From: Vermamoeba vermiformis
Taxonomy: Eukaryota
Length of the DNA: 64,000 nt
Reading direction: 5' to 3'
Assembly (NCBI GenBank): GCA_045837725.1
Contig: JBEWZL010000124.1
Coordinates: forward strand, 248,001 to 312,000
Part shown: positions 63,413-64,000 of the stretch, piece after piece
Layout of the letters: each line of letters starts with the position of its first letter
Position numbering within the stretch: the stretch's first letter is position 1
The notes under the pieces: generated by a model
Databases searched by the model: none
The model's input: the letters and a program-made list of their open reading frames with translations, nothing else
What the model was told of the DNA's origin: nothing
Made by a program: the position numbers and the translations under genes

Positions 63413-64000
63413 CCTTTGCTCCTTAATTTAAGTTAAAACAATTGTGTCGACGAGCAAATTATTTGATTGAGACTCTTTTGTCACATAGAACTCATTTTTT
63501 GTCCAGAATGATCGGTTGACACGCGTCAAATGAGAATTTTCGATAATTAAATTAAATGCTCGAACTCATAACCGTTTACTATTACGATCTTACCTTTTGT
63601 GTGGTGGAACGGAATTGCATCTGGCCGAAACTTCGGAGCAGATTAACTTTGACTATCTGCCAAGTTGCGTGGCTGTCTTCGATCTTCTGCAACTACAACA
63701 TGCACTTGTTCGATCGAAATTAGTCAGATCCGCCCAAAAGTATGGCTTCCTTGTGTAACAGGACAAAAGTATTTTTTCTGCAGTTTCCGTTTGGCTTCTT
63801 TTGTTGAATTTATAAACCAACCAGCGCAATACAAGTAGAAGATGAATACGTTGAGGTCATTTCTACAACGGTCTGTTACCCGTAGATGTTTGACAATCAG
63901 AAGATGCGCACCTGGTTCAAAAAGTATTTTTAGCGGTCACAGAGCTCAATTAAAAAATACGAAAAAATGTTATCCGTCATTTGTTAATATTACAGAGCCG

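Noticed and set aside
63590-64000. 3' end of a gene entering from the right edge
   Set aside because: An exon-like stretch exists but has no identifiable product

Overview
Gene-dense, AT-rich nuclear DNA from an intron-rich eukaryote, probably an amoeboid or other protist (inference only). Introns are short and mostly GT-AG, with a few GC-AG, and the code is standard. About 24 spliced genes are recognisable. Housekeeping genes: spartin, UVRAG/Vps38, ammonium transporter, NDUFA8, FEN1, Vps39, an MFS transporter, a P450, WD40 and Myb-like proteins. Several secreted or GPI-type proteins belong to bacterial-type families (DUF4127, PqaA/AprA-like, DUF4832 glycoside hydrolase with WSC, PcRGLX/YetA-like, GH16). 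The most striking system is a tandem array (2.5-7.7 kb) of three genes fusing an N-terminal F-box to a degenerate Rab-like GTPase. In each, the G3 motif sits on a variable 15-nt micro-exon next to a conserved intronic TGACA element, and the paralogs use different membrane anchors (TM tail versus CaaX). Also present: an inverted ~0.65-0.7 kb duplication bracketing ~20 kb (inversion signature), a GH16 lacking catalytic glutamates, two 2OG-oxygenase paralogs with complementary loss of iron ligands, and many +1 frameshifts that are probably assembly errors. No rRNA, tRNA, CRISPR or transposase was seen. Exon boundaries were read by eye and family calls come from motif recognition, not database searches.
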